NCBI GenBank assembly: GCA_963666515.2
Contig: OY762897.2
Coordinates: 3,488,001 to 3,552,000 of the forward strand
DNA length: 64,000 nucleotides
Direction: 5' to 3'
From: Candidatus Binatia bacterium
GTDB lineage: Bacteria; Desulfobacterota; Binatia; UBA9968; JAJDTQ01
This document shows, one piece after another, positions 9,772 through 19,227 of this stretch. The number at the start of each line of letters is the position of its first letter. Positions within the stretch are counted from its first letter, which is position 1. The notes beneath the pieces were generated by a model. It was not told the DNA's origin. It worked only from the letters and a program-made list of their open reading frames with translations, and did no database searches. Made by a program: the position numbers and the translations under genes.

Positions 9772-9842
9772 GGGGCGACCGCAGGTCGCCCCTACACATG
9801 CTCCAGCGATGAACCTCATGCAGGGGCGACCCGCGGTCGCCT
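9772..9842. repeat. Inverted pair of REP-like palindromes (family C, G[T/C]AG-GGGCGACCYGCGGTCGCCC)
   Basis: Copy on - strand at 9772-9796 (TGTAGGGGCGACCTGCGGTCGCCCC) and on + strand at 9819-9842 (TGCAGGGGCGACCCGCGGTCGCCT); third copy at 50337-50357. Confidence 0.75.
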
Positions 9843-10603
9843 CAGTGCGACAGTATCTGGCTCAGGAACAGCTTGGTGCGGTCGGACTTCGGGTTGTTGA
9901 AGAATTCGGTCGGGGTGTTCTGCTCGACGATCTGGCCCTCGTCCATGAAGATCACGCGGTCGGCCACCTGGGAGGCGAAGCCCATCTCGTGGGTCACCAC
10001 CAGCATGGTCATGCCGGACTCGGCCAGGTCCACCATCACTTCCAGCACCTCCTTGATCATCTCGGGGTCCAAGGCCGAGGTGGGCTCGTCGAACAGCATG
10101 ACCTTGGGGCGCATGCACAGCGAGCGGGCGATGGCCACGCGCTGCTGCTGCCCGCCGGAGAGCTGGCCGGGATACTTGCCGGCCTGGTCCGGGATGCGCA
10201 CCCGTTCCAGGTATTCCATGGCGATGCGCTCGGCCTCCGCCCGCGGCAGCTTGCGCACCCACATCGGCGCCAGCGTGCAGTTCTCCAGCGCGGTGAGATG
10301 GGGGAACAGGTTGAACTGCTGGAACACCATGCCGACCTCGCGGCGGACGACGTCGATGTTCTTCAGGTCGTGGCTCAACTCGGTGCCGTCCACGGTGATG
10401 GAGCCGCTCTGGTGCTCCTCGAGCCGGTTGATGCAGCGGATGAGCGTGGACTTGCCCGAGCCGGACGGGCCGCAGATGACGATGCGCTCCTGCGGCGCCA
10501 CCTCCAGGTCGATGTCGCGCAGGACGTGGAACGAGCCGAACCACTTGTTGAGGCCGGTGATGCGGATGATGGCGTCGCCCGCAGGCGTTTCGGCGGTGGG
10601 CAT
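9842..10603 (-). CDS. aapP: General L-amino acid ABC transporter ATP-binding protein
   Basis: [34 protein letters not shown]; last gene of the aapJQMP operon. Confidence 0.92.
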   Translation of the reverse strand: MPTAETPAGDAIIRITGLNKWFGSFHVLRDIDLEVAPQERIVICGPSGSGKSTLIRCINRLEEHQSGSITVDGTELSHDLKNIDVVRREVGMVFQQFNLFPHLTALENCTLAPMWVRKLPRAEAERIAMEYLERVRIPDQAGKYPGQLSGGQQQRVAIARSLCMRPKVMLFDEPTSALDPEMIKEVLEVMVDLAESGMTMLVVTHEMGFASQVADRVIFMDEGQIVEQNTPTEFFNNPKSDRTKLFLSQILSH

Positions 10604-10615
10604 GGTGCGGTCTCC

Positions 10616-11728
10616 TTACCGGCGCGTGGTGTCCAGGCGCCGCTCCAGCTTCATGGAGTAGCGCGACATGGAGAAGCAGATGACGAAGAAGAACAGCGCC
10701 GCGAACAGGAAGGTCTCGTGATCGACCTTGCCGATCCAGTCGGGATGGGTCTGCAGCAGCCGCGCCTGGCCGAGGATGTCGAACATGCCGATGATGATCA
10801 CCAGCGTCGTGTCCTTGAACAGGCCGATGAACGTGTTGACGATGCCGGGGATCGAGACCTTGAGGGCCTGGGGCAGGATGATGAAGCGCATGGCCTGCCA
10901 GTAGCCGAGCCCCATGGCCTGCGCGGCTTCGTACTGGCCCTTGGGGATCGCCTGGAGACCGCCGCGGATGACCTCCGCCATGTACGCGGAGGCGAACAGG
11001 GTGATCATGATCATGACCCGGGTGAGCTGGTCAAGGGTCACGTCCGGGGGCAGGAACAGTTGCAGGATGACGATGGCCACGAACAGCAGCGTGATCAGCG
11101 GGACGCCGCGGATCACCTCGATGAACGCCACCGACACGACCCGGACCGCGGGCAGGCGCGAGCGCCGTCCCAGCGCCAGCAGGATGCCCACGGGCAGCGA
11201 CAGCGCGATGCCGGCGAGCCCGGCGATGACGTTGAGCATGAAGCCGCCGAACTTGTCGGTGCCGACGCCGTCGAGACCGAAGCCGCCCAGCAGCAGGACC
11301 CCGGCCAGCAGCGGATAGGCGGCGGTGAACCAGCGCCCGTAGCGGGCGCCGGGGAGGCGCTCGAACAGGACGTAGGCCAGGGCCGGGGCCAGCAGCACCA
11401 GGGCGATGTTGACCCGCCAGCGCAGCTCCGCCGGGTAGAAGCCGTAGATGAACTGGCCGATGCGCTGGTCGAGCCACGCCCAGCACGCGCCCACGCCGGC
11501 GCAGTCGTTGCCCACGACGCCGCTGAAATCCGCCTCCAGGAACGCCCAGCGGAAGAACGGCGGCAGCGCCAGCGCCAGCACCGCGACGGACGCCGCGGTG
11601 AGCGCCAGGTTGAGCCCGCTCGAGAAGAGGTTGGCCCGCAGCCACCCGAACAGCCCCACGGTGCTTGCCGGGGGCGGCCGCTGCGGCAGCAGCTCGGCCT
11701 GGAGTCGATGGAAGGCGCGGACGCTCAT
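10616..11728 (-). CDS. aapM: General L-amino acid ABC transporter permease
   Basis: Starts MSVRAFH at ATG 11728, overlapping the aapQ stop; GWLRANLFSS, GACW, IRGVPLITLLF, AEVIRGGLQAIPKGQYEAA. Confidence 0.9.
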   Translation of the reverse strand: MSVRAFHRLQAELLPQRPPPASTVGLFGWLRANLFSSGLNLALTAASVAVLALALPPFFRWAFLEADFSGVVGNDCAGVGACWAWLDQRIGQFIYGFYPAELRWRVNIALVLLAPALAYVLFERLPGARYGRWFTAAYPLLAGVLLLGGFGLDGVGTDKFGGFMLNVIAGLAGIALSLPVGILLALGRRSRLPAVRVVSVAFIEVIRGVPLITLLFVAIVILQLFLPPDVTLDQLTRVMIMITLFASAYMAEVIRGGLQAIPKGQYEAAQAMGLGYWQAMRFIILPQALKVSIPGIVNTFIGLFKDTTLVIIIGMFDILGQARLLQTHPDWIGKVDHETFLFAALFFFVICFSMSRYSMKLERRLDTTRR

Positions 11729-12912
11729 CGTTCCACCAGCGCGATCGACGCGTTGTACCAGTTCATGAACGCCGACGTGAGCAGGCTCAGGGTGAGGTAG
11801 AAGGCCATGTAGATGGAGATCACCTCCAGGGCCTGCCCGCTCTGGTTCAGCACGGTGTCGCCGATGGAAACGATGTCCTGGTATCCGATGGCGACCGCGA
11901 GGGAGGAGTTCTTGGTCAGGTTCAGGTACTGGCTGGTGAGCGGCGGCACGATCACGCGCAACGCCTGGGGCAGGATGATCTTGCGCGTGGTGAGGCCCCG
12001 GCGCAGGCCCAGGGCGCCGGCGGCCTCCACCTGCCCCCGGCTCACCGACAGGATGCCGGCGCGCACGATCTCGGCGATGAACGCGCCGGTATAGGTGGAC
12101 AGCGCCATCCACAGCGCCACCAGTTCCGGCGTAACGTTGAAGCCGCCGCGCAGGTTGAACCGGCCCATCACCGGCGCGTCGAAGGTCACCGGCTGGCCGG
12201 CCGCGAACCAGGCCGCCAGCGTTGCGCCGGCGATCAGGGCCAGCGCGCACCAGCCCGAGGGAAAGGTCCGGCCGGTGCGCTGCTGGCGCGCCCTCGCCCA
12301 GCGGGCCACGGCGAAGGCCGCGACCACCCCGGCCAGCAGCGCCGCCAGCACCAGCGTCGCACCATCCCCGAAGACCGGCCACGGCATCCGCACCCCGCGG
12401 TTGTTCAGGTAGACGGCGTCGGCGAAGGCGAGGCTTTGACGGACCTTCGGCAGCGCCAGGATGACGACCCACCAGAAGATGATCTGCAGCAGCAGCGGGA
12501 CGTTCCGGGTGAACTCCACCCAGGCGCCGACGATCCGGCTCACCAGGAAGTTCCGCGACAGCCGCGACACCCCGGCGAGAAAGCCGATGACCGTGGCCGC
12601 GGCGATGCCGAGGACGGCCACGACGATGGTGTTGAGGCCGCCGACGATGAACGCCCGGCCGTAGGTGGAGGTGGACTGGTAGTGGATGAGCCGCTGGTTG
12701 ATGTCGAAGGAAGCGGTGTCGAACAGGAAGCCGAAGCCCGAGGCCAGGCCGGCGCGCTGGAGGTTGGTGGCGGTGTTGGAGACGACGACCGCGGCCAGCA
12801 GGATCAGCCCCAGGACCAGCAGAATCTGCCAGAGCACCCCGCGCGCCCGCTCGTCGGTCCACAAGCGGCTGAGACGCAGGGTATTCGACCTGTCGGGTTC
12901 AACGGAAGGCAT
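11725..12912 (-). CDS. aapQ: General L-amino acid ABC transporter permease
   Basis: GFGFL...ASFDI, RNVPLLLQIIFW, AFIAEIVRAGI, QYLNLTKNSSLAVAIGY. Confidence 0.92.
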   Translation of the reverse strand: MPSVEPDRSNTLRLSRLWTDERARGVLWQILLVLGLILLAAVVVSNTATNLQRAGLASGFGFLFDTASFDINQRLIHYQSTSTYGRAFIVGGLNTIVVAVLGIAAATVIGFLAGVSRLSRNFLVSRIVGAWVEFTRNVPLLLQIIFWWVVILALPKVRQSLAFADAVYLNNRGVRMPWPVFGDGATLVLAALLAGVVAAFAVARWARARQQRTGRTFPSGWCALALIAGATLAAWFAAGQPVTFDAPVMGRFNLRGGFNVTPELVALWMALSTYTGAFIAEIVRAGILSVSRGQVEAAGALGLRRGLTTRKIILPQALRVIVPPLTSQYLNLTKNSSLAVAIGYQDIVSIGDTVLNQSGQALEVISIYMAFYLTLSLLTSAFMNWYNASIALVER

Positions 12913-13023
12913 GGACGCAGAGCCCGCGGCTCGGAGCCGCCTGAGGGCTCCCTCGTGGCCGCGTTCCCCGGCCCCGCTCCCGTGCCGGTCGAAAGCGGGG
13001 CCGGAGGAACGCCGCCGTGCGGT

Positions 13024-14061
13024 CTACCGGAACGGCGGCGCGTAGAGGATGCCGCCGTCTTTGTAGAGCGCGTTCAGCCCTCGCGCGAGCCCCAGCTTGG
13101 TCTTCGGCCCGAGGTAGCGGTCGAAGATCTCCGCGTAGTTGCCTTCGGCCGCAATGGCGCGGACCGCCCACTTGGCGTCCAGGCCCAGCATCTCGCCGAA
13201 GCTCCCTTCCTTGCCGAGCATGCGTTTGGTCTCGGGATTGTCCGAGCCCTCCGCCATCTTCGCCACGTTGGCCTGGGTGACGCCGTTCTCCTCGGCGATG
13301 ATCAGCGCGTTCAGGACCCAGCGGGCGATGTCCGCCCACTGGTCGTCACCCTGGCGGACCAGCGGACCCAGCGGCTCTTTCGAGATGATCTCGGGGAAGA
13401 CCATGTGCTTGTCGGCATCCGCGAAGGTCGCCTTGGTCGCGGCCAGGCCCGATGCGTCGGTCGTGTACACGTCGCAACGCTCGGCCTCGTACGCGGCGCG
13501 CGCCTCGGCGTTGGTCTCGATGGGCACCGGCTCGTACTTGATCTTGTTGGTGCGGAAGAAGTCCGCCAGGTTCAGCTCGGTGGTGGTGCCGGTCTGGATG
13601 CAGACCGAGGCGCCGTCGAGCTGTCTGGCGCTCTTCACCCCCAGCGCCTTGCGTCCGATGAAGCCCTGGCCGTCATAGTAGTTGACGCCGATGAAAGTGA
13701 AGCCGAGGTTCACGTCGCGCGACAGGGTCCAGGTGGTGTTGCGGGACAGGACGTCGATCTCGCCCGACTGAAGCGCCGGGAAGCGGTTCTTCCCGGTCAG
13801 GTTGACGTACTTGACCTTGCTCGCGTCACCCATCACGGCCGCGGCAAGGGCCTTGCAGTAGGCCACGTCGAACCCGGTCCAGTTGCCCTTGTCGTCGGTG
13901 AAGGCGAAGCCGGGCAGCCCGGTGTTGATGCCGCAGGAAAGCTGGCCGCGCTTGCGGACGTCGTCCAGCGTCCCGGCGACGGCATGGGACGCCGCCACGG
14001 CCACCACCAGCACCGCGGCCGCGAGGCTCCGCGAAAGCCCTCGTACAAGATTTTTCCTCAT
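13024..14061 (-). CDS. aapJ: General L-amino acid ABC transporter substrate-binding protein
   Basis: Signal peptide; RFPALQSGEIDVLSRNTTWT, GTTTELNLADFF, ISKEPLGP, GGILYAPPFR. Confidence 0.93.
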   Translation of the reverse strand: MRKNLVRGLSRSLAAAVLVVAVAASHAVAGTLDDVRKRGQLSCGINTGLPGFAFTDDKGNWTGFDVAYCKALAAAVMGDASKVKYVNLTGKNRFPALQSGEIDVLSRNTTWTLSRDVNLGFTFIGVNYYDGQGFIGRKALGVKSARQLDGASVCIQTGTTTELNLADFFRTNKIKYEPVPIETNAEARAAYEAERCDVYTTDASGLAATKATFADADKHMVFPEIISKEPLGPLVRQGDDQWADIARWVLNALIIAEENGVTQANVAKMAEGSDNPETKRMLGKEGSFGEMLGLDAKWAVRAIAAEGNYAEIFDRYLGPKTKLGLARGLNALYKDGGILYAPPFR

Positions 14062-14215
14062 GACTGAAGCCCTCCTCTTTTGAGTTTTCACTAAACGGAC
14101 ACCCTACAGATACATTAACGATATCGTCGCCTCCGTTATCTGGCAAGTGGTCCACAACGTCGTGATCGAGCGGGCCGAGGACCGTTCGGCCCGCGCGGCA
14201 ATCGGGATCTCCACC

Positions 14216-14926
14216 TCAACCTCCCAGGTACGCCTGCTTCACCGCGGGGTCGGCCAGCAGGTCCGCGGACTTCCCCTCCAGCACCAGGCTGCCGTTCTCC
14301 AGCACGTAGCCCCTGCCGGCGAACTGGAGCGCGAGCTGCGCGTTCTGCTCCACCAGCAGAATGGTGGTGCCTTCCCGGTTGATCTCCTTGAGGGCGTCGA
14401 ACACGCTCTTCATCATCAGCGGGGCCAGTCCCATGGAAGGTTCGTCCAGCAGCATGAGCTTGCGGCCGCTCATGAAGGCCCGGCCCACCGCCAGCATCTG
14501 CTGCTCGCCGCCGCTCAGGGTGCCGGCCTTCTGGTGTTCCCGTTCCGCGAGGCGCGGGAAGATGGACAGGACGCGGTCCATGTCCTGCCTGACGCCGCTG
14601 TCCCTGCGGGCGAAGCAGGAGAGCCTCAGGTTCTCCATCACCGTGAGGTTGTCGAACAGGCGCCGCCCCTCGGGCACGTGGGAGATGGCGAGCTGGCTGA
14701 CCACCTTGTCCGCGGGGTATCGCAGCAGGTCCTCGCCCCGGTAGGTCATGCGCGTCCCCGCCTCCACCGGCACCATGCGCGAGATGGCCAGCAGCGTGGT
14801 GCTCTTGCCGGCGCCGTTGGCGCCGATGATGCAGACGCTCTCGCCCTCGTCGATCTCGAAGCTGACCCCCTGCAGGGCGCGGATGCGGTCGTAGGAGACG
14901 CGCAGGTTTTCGACGGACAACAACAT
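14216..14926 (-). CDS. livF: Branched-chain amino acid ABC transporter ATP-binding protein (set 1)
   Basis: MLLSVENL start; GANGAGKST, HVPEGRRLF, LSGGEQQMLA, DEPSMGLAP. Confidence 0.9.
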   Translation of the reverse strand: MLLSVENLRVSYDRIRALQGVSFEIDEGESVCIIGANGAGKSTTLLAISRMVPVEAGTRMTYRGEDLLRYPADKVVSQLAISHVPEGRRLFDNLTVMENLRLSCFARRDSGVRQDMDRVLSIFPRLAEREHQKAGTLSGGEQQMLAVGRAFMSGRKLMLLDEPSMGLAPLMMKSVFDALKEINREGTTILLVEQNAQLALQFAGRGYVLENGSLVLEGKSADLLADPAVKQAYLGG

Positions 14927-14931
14927 GGCCG

Positions 14932-15702
14932 CTACGTCTCGGTGGCTCCCAGGTAGGCCTCGATGACCCTGGGGTTGTTCTGTATCTCCTCGGGCGTGCC
15001 CTCGGCGATCACCTCTCCGAAGTCCAGCGTCTGGATACGCTCGCACAGCTCCATGACGAACCGCATCCGGTGCTCGATCAGGAAGATCGCCAGGTTCAGC
15101 TCCCGGTGCACGCGCCGGATGATCTCCATGATCTGCACCAGCTCGTCGGGGTTCATGCCCGCGGTGGGCTCGTCCAGCAGCAGCAGCCGGGGCTCGGTGG
15201 CCAGCGCCCGGGCCATCTCGACCCGGCGCTGGGCGCCGTAGGGCAGGTTGGGGACGGCCTGGTGCGCCAGGTGGCGGATGTCCAGCATCTCCAGCAGGGC
15301 CAGGGCCTTGTCCTCGATCTCGCGCTCTTCCCGGTGCCGCCGGGGCGTGCCCAGGCAGGCGCCGAGGAGGCCGTAGCCGATCCTGGAGTAACGGGCCATC
15401 TTCACGTGCTCCAGGACGTTCATGTGCCGCCACAGCAGCAGGTTCTGGAAGGTCCTGCCGATGCCCATCGACGCGATGCGGTGGGGCGGAAGGCCGCTGA
15501 TCCGCTCGCCGTCGAGGTAGATGTGGCCGCGGGTGGGGTTGTAGATGCCGGTGATCAGGTTGAAGATCGTGGTCTTGCCGGCGCCGTTGGGTCCGATGAG
15601 CCCGCGGATCTCGCCGGGCTCGATGGCCAGCGCGTAGTCGTGGACCGCGCGCAGGCCGCCGAACTGGTGGGTGATATTGTCAACCTTGAGGAAGGGCATC
15701 AC
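14932..15702 (-). CDS. livG: Branched-chain amino acid ABC transporter ATP-binding protein (set 1)
   Basis: FGGLRAV, GPNGAGKTT, LPYGAQRRVEMARALA, VIEAYLG. Confidence 0.9.
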   Translation of the reverse strand: MMPFLKVDNITHQFGGLRAVHDYALAIEPGEIRGLIGPNGAGKTTIFNLITGIYNPTRGHIYLDGERISGLPPHRIASMGIGRTFQNLLLWRHMNVLEHVKMARYSRIGYGLLGACLGTPRRHREEREIEDKALALLEMLDIRHLAHQAVPNLPYGAQRRVEMARALATEPRLLLLDEPTAGMNPDELVQIMEIIRRVHRELNLAIFLIEHRMRFVMELCERIQTLDFGEVIAEGTPEEIQNNPRVIEAYLGATET

Positions 15703-16966
15703 GTTCCCTTTCCGGGTCCGTCTTCGGCTTGAGGATGGCCTCGGGGTCGAACTCCTTGAAGGCCACCAGCCCCGTGGGCCGGTAGATCATCACCAGGATG
15801 AGCAGCAGCGGGATGATGATCCACTTGAAGATCTCCAGCGGGCGCAGGGCCTCGCCGAGAAGGTTGATGCCAACGGCGCCGATGATGGAGCCGTAGACCG
15901 AGTTCAACCCGCCGAAGTAGACCATGGCCAGCACCTCGGCGAGCTTCTGGATGCCGAAGGTTCCCGGGTTGACGTATCGCAGCACGTGGGCGAACAGGCC
16001 GCCGGCCACCCCGGCCCAGAAGGCGGCGAACAGGAACCCCACCATCTTGGTGAAGCGCGTATCCACGGTCATGGCCGTGGCCGCCATCTCGTTGTCCCGC
16101 ACCGCGTTGAGCGCCTTGCCGAGGGTGGAGCGGACGAAGTTGTTGATGACCCAGACGCAGGCCACCGTCCACAGGAACACGGTGGGCAGCCCCGCCCAGT
16201 CCGGCTGCCCCCCCAGCCCGCGCGCCCCGCCCACGATCTCCAGGTTCTCGATCAGGCTCTTGACGATGAACATGAACGCCAGCGAGATGATGGCGAGGTA
16301 GTCGCCGCGGGTGCGGAACGAGGGGATGGCCACCACCAGGGCGCTTACCGCGGCCACCAGGCCGCCGACGACCAGGATCACCGGGAACAGGAACGGCCCC
16401 AGTACGGCCGGCAGCAGGGCGGAGCCGAATACCCTGTGGCTGGTGAAGAGATCGATGGTCAGCACCGAGGCCACGTAGGCCCCCACCGCCATGAAGCCGG
16501 GATGGGAGCACGAGAACTCGCCCATGTAGCCGTTGATCACGTTGAGGCTCAGGGTGACCATCACCGCGATCAGGGTGAAGCGGAGGACCAGGTCCCGGTA
16601 GTCGCTCAGGCCGGACCACATCTCCAGCGTGACGTAGAAGAGGCCGAGATGGACGGCCGCGGAGACCGCCAGCGGGAAGGCCAGCAGCCGGCCTGCAGCC
16701 AGGTTGGCGAGGGCGGCGGTGAAGCGGGCGATGACCGCGATGGGCACGGCGTAGATCAGCAGCACGTACAGCGCGGCGCCGGGGAACAGCAGGGGTTTCT
16801 TGAGCGCGGTGACAATGCCGAAGAGCACCGGGATCTTGGGCAGGCCCAGCGAGTGGGCCAGGAGCGTTCCCACCTGGATCTCCAGCACCACCGCGACGAA
16901 CCCGCCGGCCAGCCAACCGAGGAGGGGCACCCGTGAGAACCCGCGCATCATTTCAGCCGCATCCAT
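15680..16966 (-). CDS. livM: Branched-chain amino acid ABC transporter permease (set 1)
   Basis: LNVINGYMGEFSCSHPGFMAVGAY, RTRGDYLAIISL, AVRDNEMAA. Confidence 0.88.
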   Translation of the reverse strand: MDAAEMMRGFSRVPLLGWLAGGFVAVVLEIQVGTLLAHSLGLPKIPVLFGIVTALKKPLLFPGAALYVLLIYAVPIAVIARFTAALANLAAGRLLAFPLAVSAAVHLGLFYVTLEMWSGLSDYRDLVLRFTLIAVMVTLSLNVINGYMGEFSCSHPGFMAVGAYVASVLTIDLFTSHRVFGSALLPAVLGPFLFPVILVVGGLVAAVSALVVAIPSFRTRGDYLAIISLAFMFIVKSLIENLEIVGGARGLGGQPDWAGLPTVFLWTVACVWVINNFVRSTLGKALNAVRDNEMAATAMTVDTRFTKMVGFLFAAFWAGVAGGLFAHVLRYVNPGTFGIQKLAEVLAMVYFGGLNSVYGSIIGAVGINLLGEALRPLEIFKWIIIPLLLILVMIYRPTGLVAFKEFDPEAILKPKTDPERERDALPQG

Positions 16967-16988
16967 GGCAAAGGCAACCGCGGCGCCG

Positions 16989-17912
16989 TCACAGCCTCAG
17001 CCGCGCGCTGTAGGGCTCGCCGAAGAAGCCGTGCGGCCGGACCACGAGGATCAGCAGCACGATGGAGTAGGCGATCAGGTCGCGCAGGCTCGAAGGGAAG
17101 ATCATGGCCGTGAAGATCTCGATGAAGCCGAGCAGGAAGCCGGCCAGCGTGGCCCCCATGACCGAGCCCCTGCCGCCCAGGATCGCCGCCACGAAGGCCT
17201 TCCAGCCGAACGTGATTCCCATGTAGGGGTCCAGGACCGGGTAGGCCAGGGCGTAGAGTATCCCGGCCGCGGCGGCCAGCGCCGAGCCCAGGGCGAAGGT
17301 GAGCGCCGCGATGCCGTTGATGGACACTCCCATCAACGGCACCGCCACGTAGTCGAACGCCATCGCCCGCATGGCCAGGCCCCACTTGGTCTTGCGCACG
17401 AACAGGTGCATCCCCGTGGCCAGCAGCAGCGCCACCACCACGATGAGTATCTTCGTGTTGGTGATGAAGACGCCGCCCATCTCGTAGACCGTGGTGTCGA
17501 TGAGGGACGGGAAACGGATGCGCCGGGCGCCGAGCAGGGCCAGGTTGCCGGTCTCCAGGATGATGCCGATCATCAACCCGGTGATGGCGGCGGAGGCGCG
17601 CGGCGCGGCCCGCAGGGGCCGGTAGCCGATGCGCTCCACGAGCATGCCGACGAACGACGTCAGCACCATGGCGAGCAGGATGGTCAGGATCAGGATCAGC
17701 CAGGGCGGCAGCGCCAGGGCGCCCTGGGCGGCCATGGCGATCAGCACCGCGGCGACGCCGACGCCGATGTAGGCGCCCACCATGAAGATGTCGCCGTGGG
17801 CGAAGTTGAACAGCATCAGGATGCTGTAGACCATGGAGTAGCCCAGCGCGATGAGGGCGTAGAAGCTCCCCCACTGCAGGGCGTTCACCAGGTTCTGGAG
17901 AAACAGCGCCAT
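16989..17912 (-). CDS. livH: Branched-chain amino acid ABC transporter permease (set 1)
   Basis: YALIALGYSMVY...FNFAHGD, KAFVAAILGG. Confidence 0.9.
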   Translation of the reverse strand: MALFLQNLVNALQWGSFYALIALGYSMVYSILMLFNFAHGDIFMVGAYIGVGVAAVLIAMAAQGALALPPWLILILTILLAMVLTSFVGMLVERIGYRPLRAAPRASAAITGLMIGIILETGNLALLGARRIRFPSLIDTTVYEMGGVFITNTKILIVVVALLLATGMHLFVRKTKWGLAMRAMAFDYVAVPLMGVSINGIAALTFALGSALAAAAGILYALAYPVLDPYMGITFGWKAFVAAILGGRGSVMGATLAGFLLGFIEIFTAMIFPSSLRDLIAYSIVLLILVVRPHGFFGEPYSARLRL

Positions 17913-17922
17913 CGGCTACCGG

Positions 17923-17959
17923 CCCGGGAGCGAGGGCGGGACGCCCTCTCGCTCCCGGG
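17923..17959. other. GC-rich intergenic stem-loop after livK (possible mRNA-stabilising or attenuating hairpin)
   Basis: CCCGGGAGCGAGGGCG-gga-CGCCCTC(tc)GCTCCCGGG, between the binding-protein and permease genes; no U-tract. Confidence 0.55.
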
Positions 17960-17983
17960 GGATGACTCGGAACGGTTGAGCCG

Positions 17984-19153
17984 CTACGGGCAGACGGACT
18001 TGTAGAACTCGAACTGGCCCTTGTCGCTGATGCGGACGATGACCGCGCACTTGATGGGGTCGCCCTCCGGCGTGAAGGTCATGTTCCCGGTGATGCCGGC
18101 GAACTTCTTGATGCCGGCCATGGCGTTCTTGACGGCTTCACGGTCCTTCTTGAGGTCGCCGGTGAGCCCGCCGGTGGCCTTGACCGCGGTCGCCACGATG
18201 CGCAGCGAGTCCCAGGTCAGGGCGGCGACGTCGTCGGGCACGTAGCCGTGCTTCTTGTTGTAGCGGTCGATGAACGCCTTGGTGGCGCCGGTGGCTCCCG
18301 CAGCCGCGTAGTGGGTGCTGAAGAAGGCCCCGTGGCAGTCCTTGCCGCACAGTTCCACCGTCTCGGCCGAACCCCAACTGTCGCTGCCCACGATGGGGCT
18401 CTTCAAGCCGAGCTGGCGCGCCTGCTGCACGATCAGCGCCACCTCGTTGTAGTACTGGGGCGTGAACAGCACCTGGGCGCCGGAACCGCGGATCTTGGTG
18501 AGCTGGGAGCTGAAGTCGGTGTCCTTGGTGGTGAAGCTCTCGTAGGCCACCACCGAGCCGGCGCCGTGGAGCTTCTCCCAGGCTCCCTTGAAGAACTCCG
18601 CCAGTCCCTTGGGATAGTCGCTGGCCTGGTCGTACAGCACCGCGGCTTTGGTGAACTTGAACTCGTTGGTGATGAAGTTCGCCAGCACCGGCCCCTGGAA
18701 CGGATCCAGGAACGGCGCGCGGAAGACGTACGGCCGGTCCTTGGTGGTGTTGGGGTTGGTGGACCACGGACTGATCATCGGGGTTGCGCGGTCCTGCGAG
18801 ACGCCGCCCGCGGGCACCGCCTGCTTGGACGACTGCGGGCCGACGATGACCAGCACCTCGTCCTCGGTGATGAGCTTGGTGGCGGCCTTCACCGCGGACT
18901 CGGCCTTGGCCTCGTTGTCCTCGATGACCAGCTCCACCTTGTGCTTCTTCTTTCCGGCTTCGAGGCCGCCGGCGCCGTTGACGTCGGCCAGCCACATCTC
19001 GGCCGCAAACTTGGAGCCCTCGCCGACCTTCGGGATGTCGCCGGTCAGCGGGATGTTGAGGCCGATCTTGATGGTCTGCGCCGAGACGCCCAGGGACAGG
19101 GCGAAGACGGCTGCGATACACGTCGTGACGGACAACAGAGCCTTCCGTTTCAT
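17984..19153 (-). CDS. livK: Branched-chain amino acid ABC transporter substrate-binding protein (set 1)
   Basis: Signal peptide MKRKALL...SAQ; IKIGLNIPLTG, FRAPFLDPFQG, DFSSQLTKI. Confidence 0.88.
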   Translation of the reverse strand: MKRKALLSVTTCIAAVFALSLGVSAQTIKIGLNIPLTGDIPKVGEGSKFAAEMWLADVNGAGGLEAGKKKHKVELVIEDNEAKAESAVKAATKLITEDEVLVIVGPQSSKQAVPAGGVSQDRATPMISPWSTNPNTTKDRPYVFRAPFLDPFQGPVLANFITNEFKFTKAAVLYDQASDYPKGLAEFFKGAWEKLHGAGSVVAYESFTTKDTDFSSQLTKIRGSGAQVLFTPQYYNEVALIVQQARQLGLKSPIVGSDSWGSAETVELCGKDCHGAFFSTHYAAAGATGATKAFIDRYNKKHGYVPDDVAALTWDSLRIVATAVKATGGLTGDLKKDREAVKNAMAGIKKFAGITGNMTFTPEGDPIKCAVIVRISDKGQFEFYKSVCP

Positions 19154-19227
19154 GGCTATCCTCCTTCCGCTGCATCCCAAAGTTGAAAAAATCCTATCAC
19201 TCTTGCCCCACAGGCACAACGTTGTTT

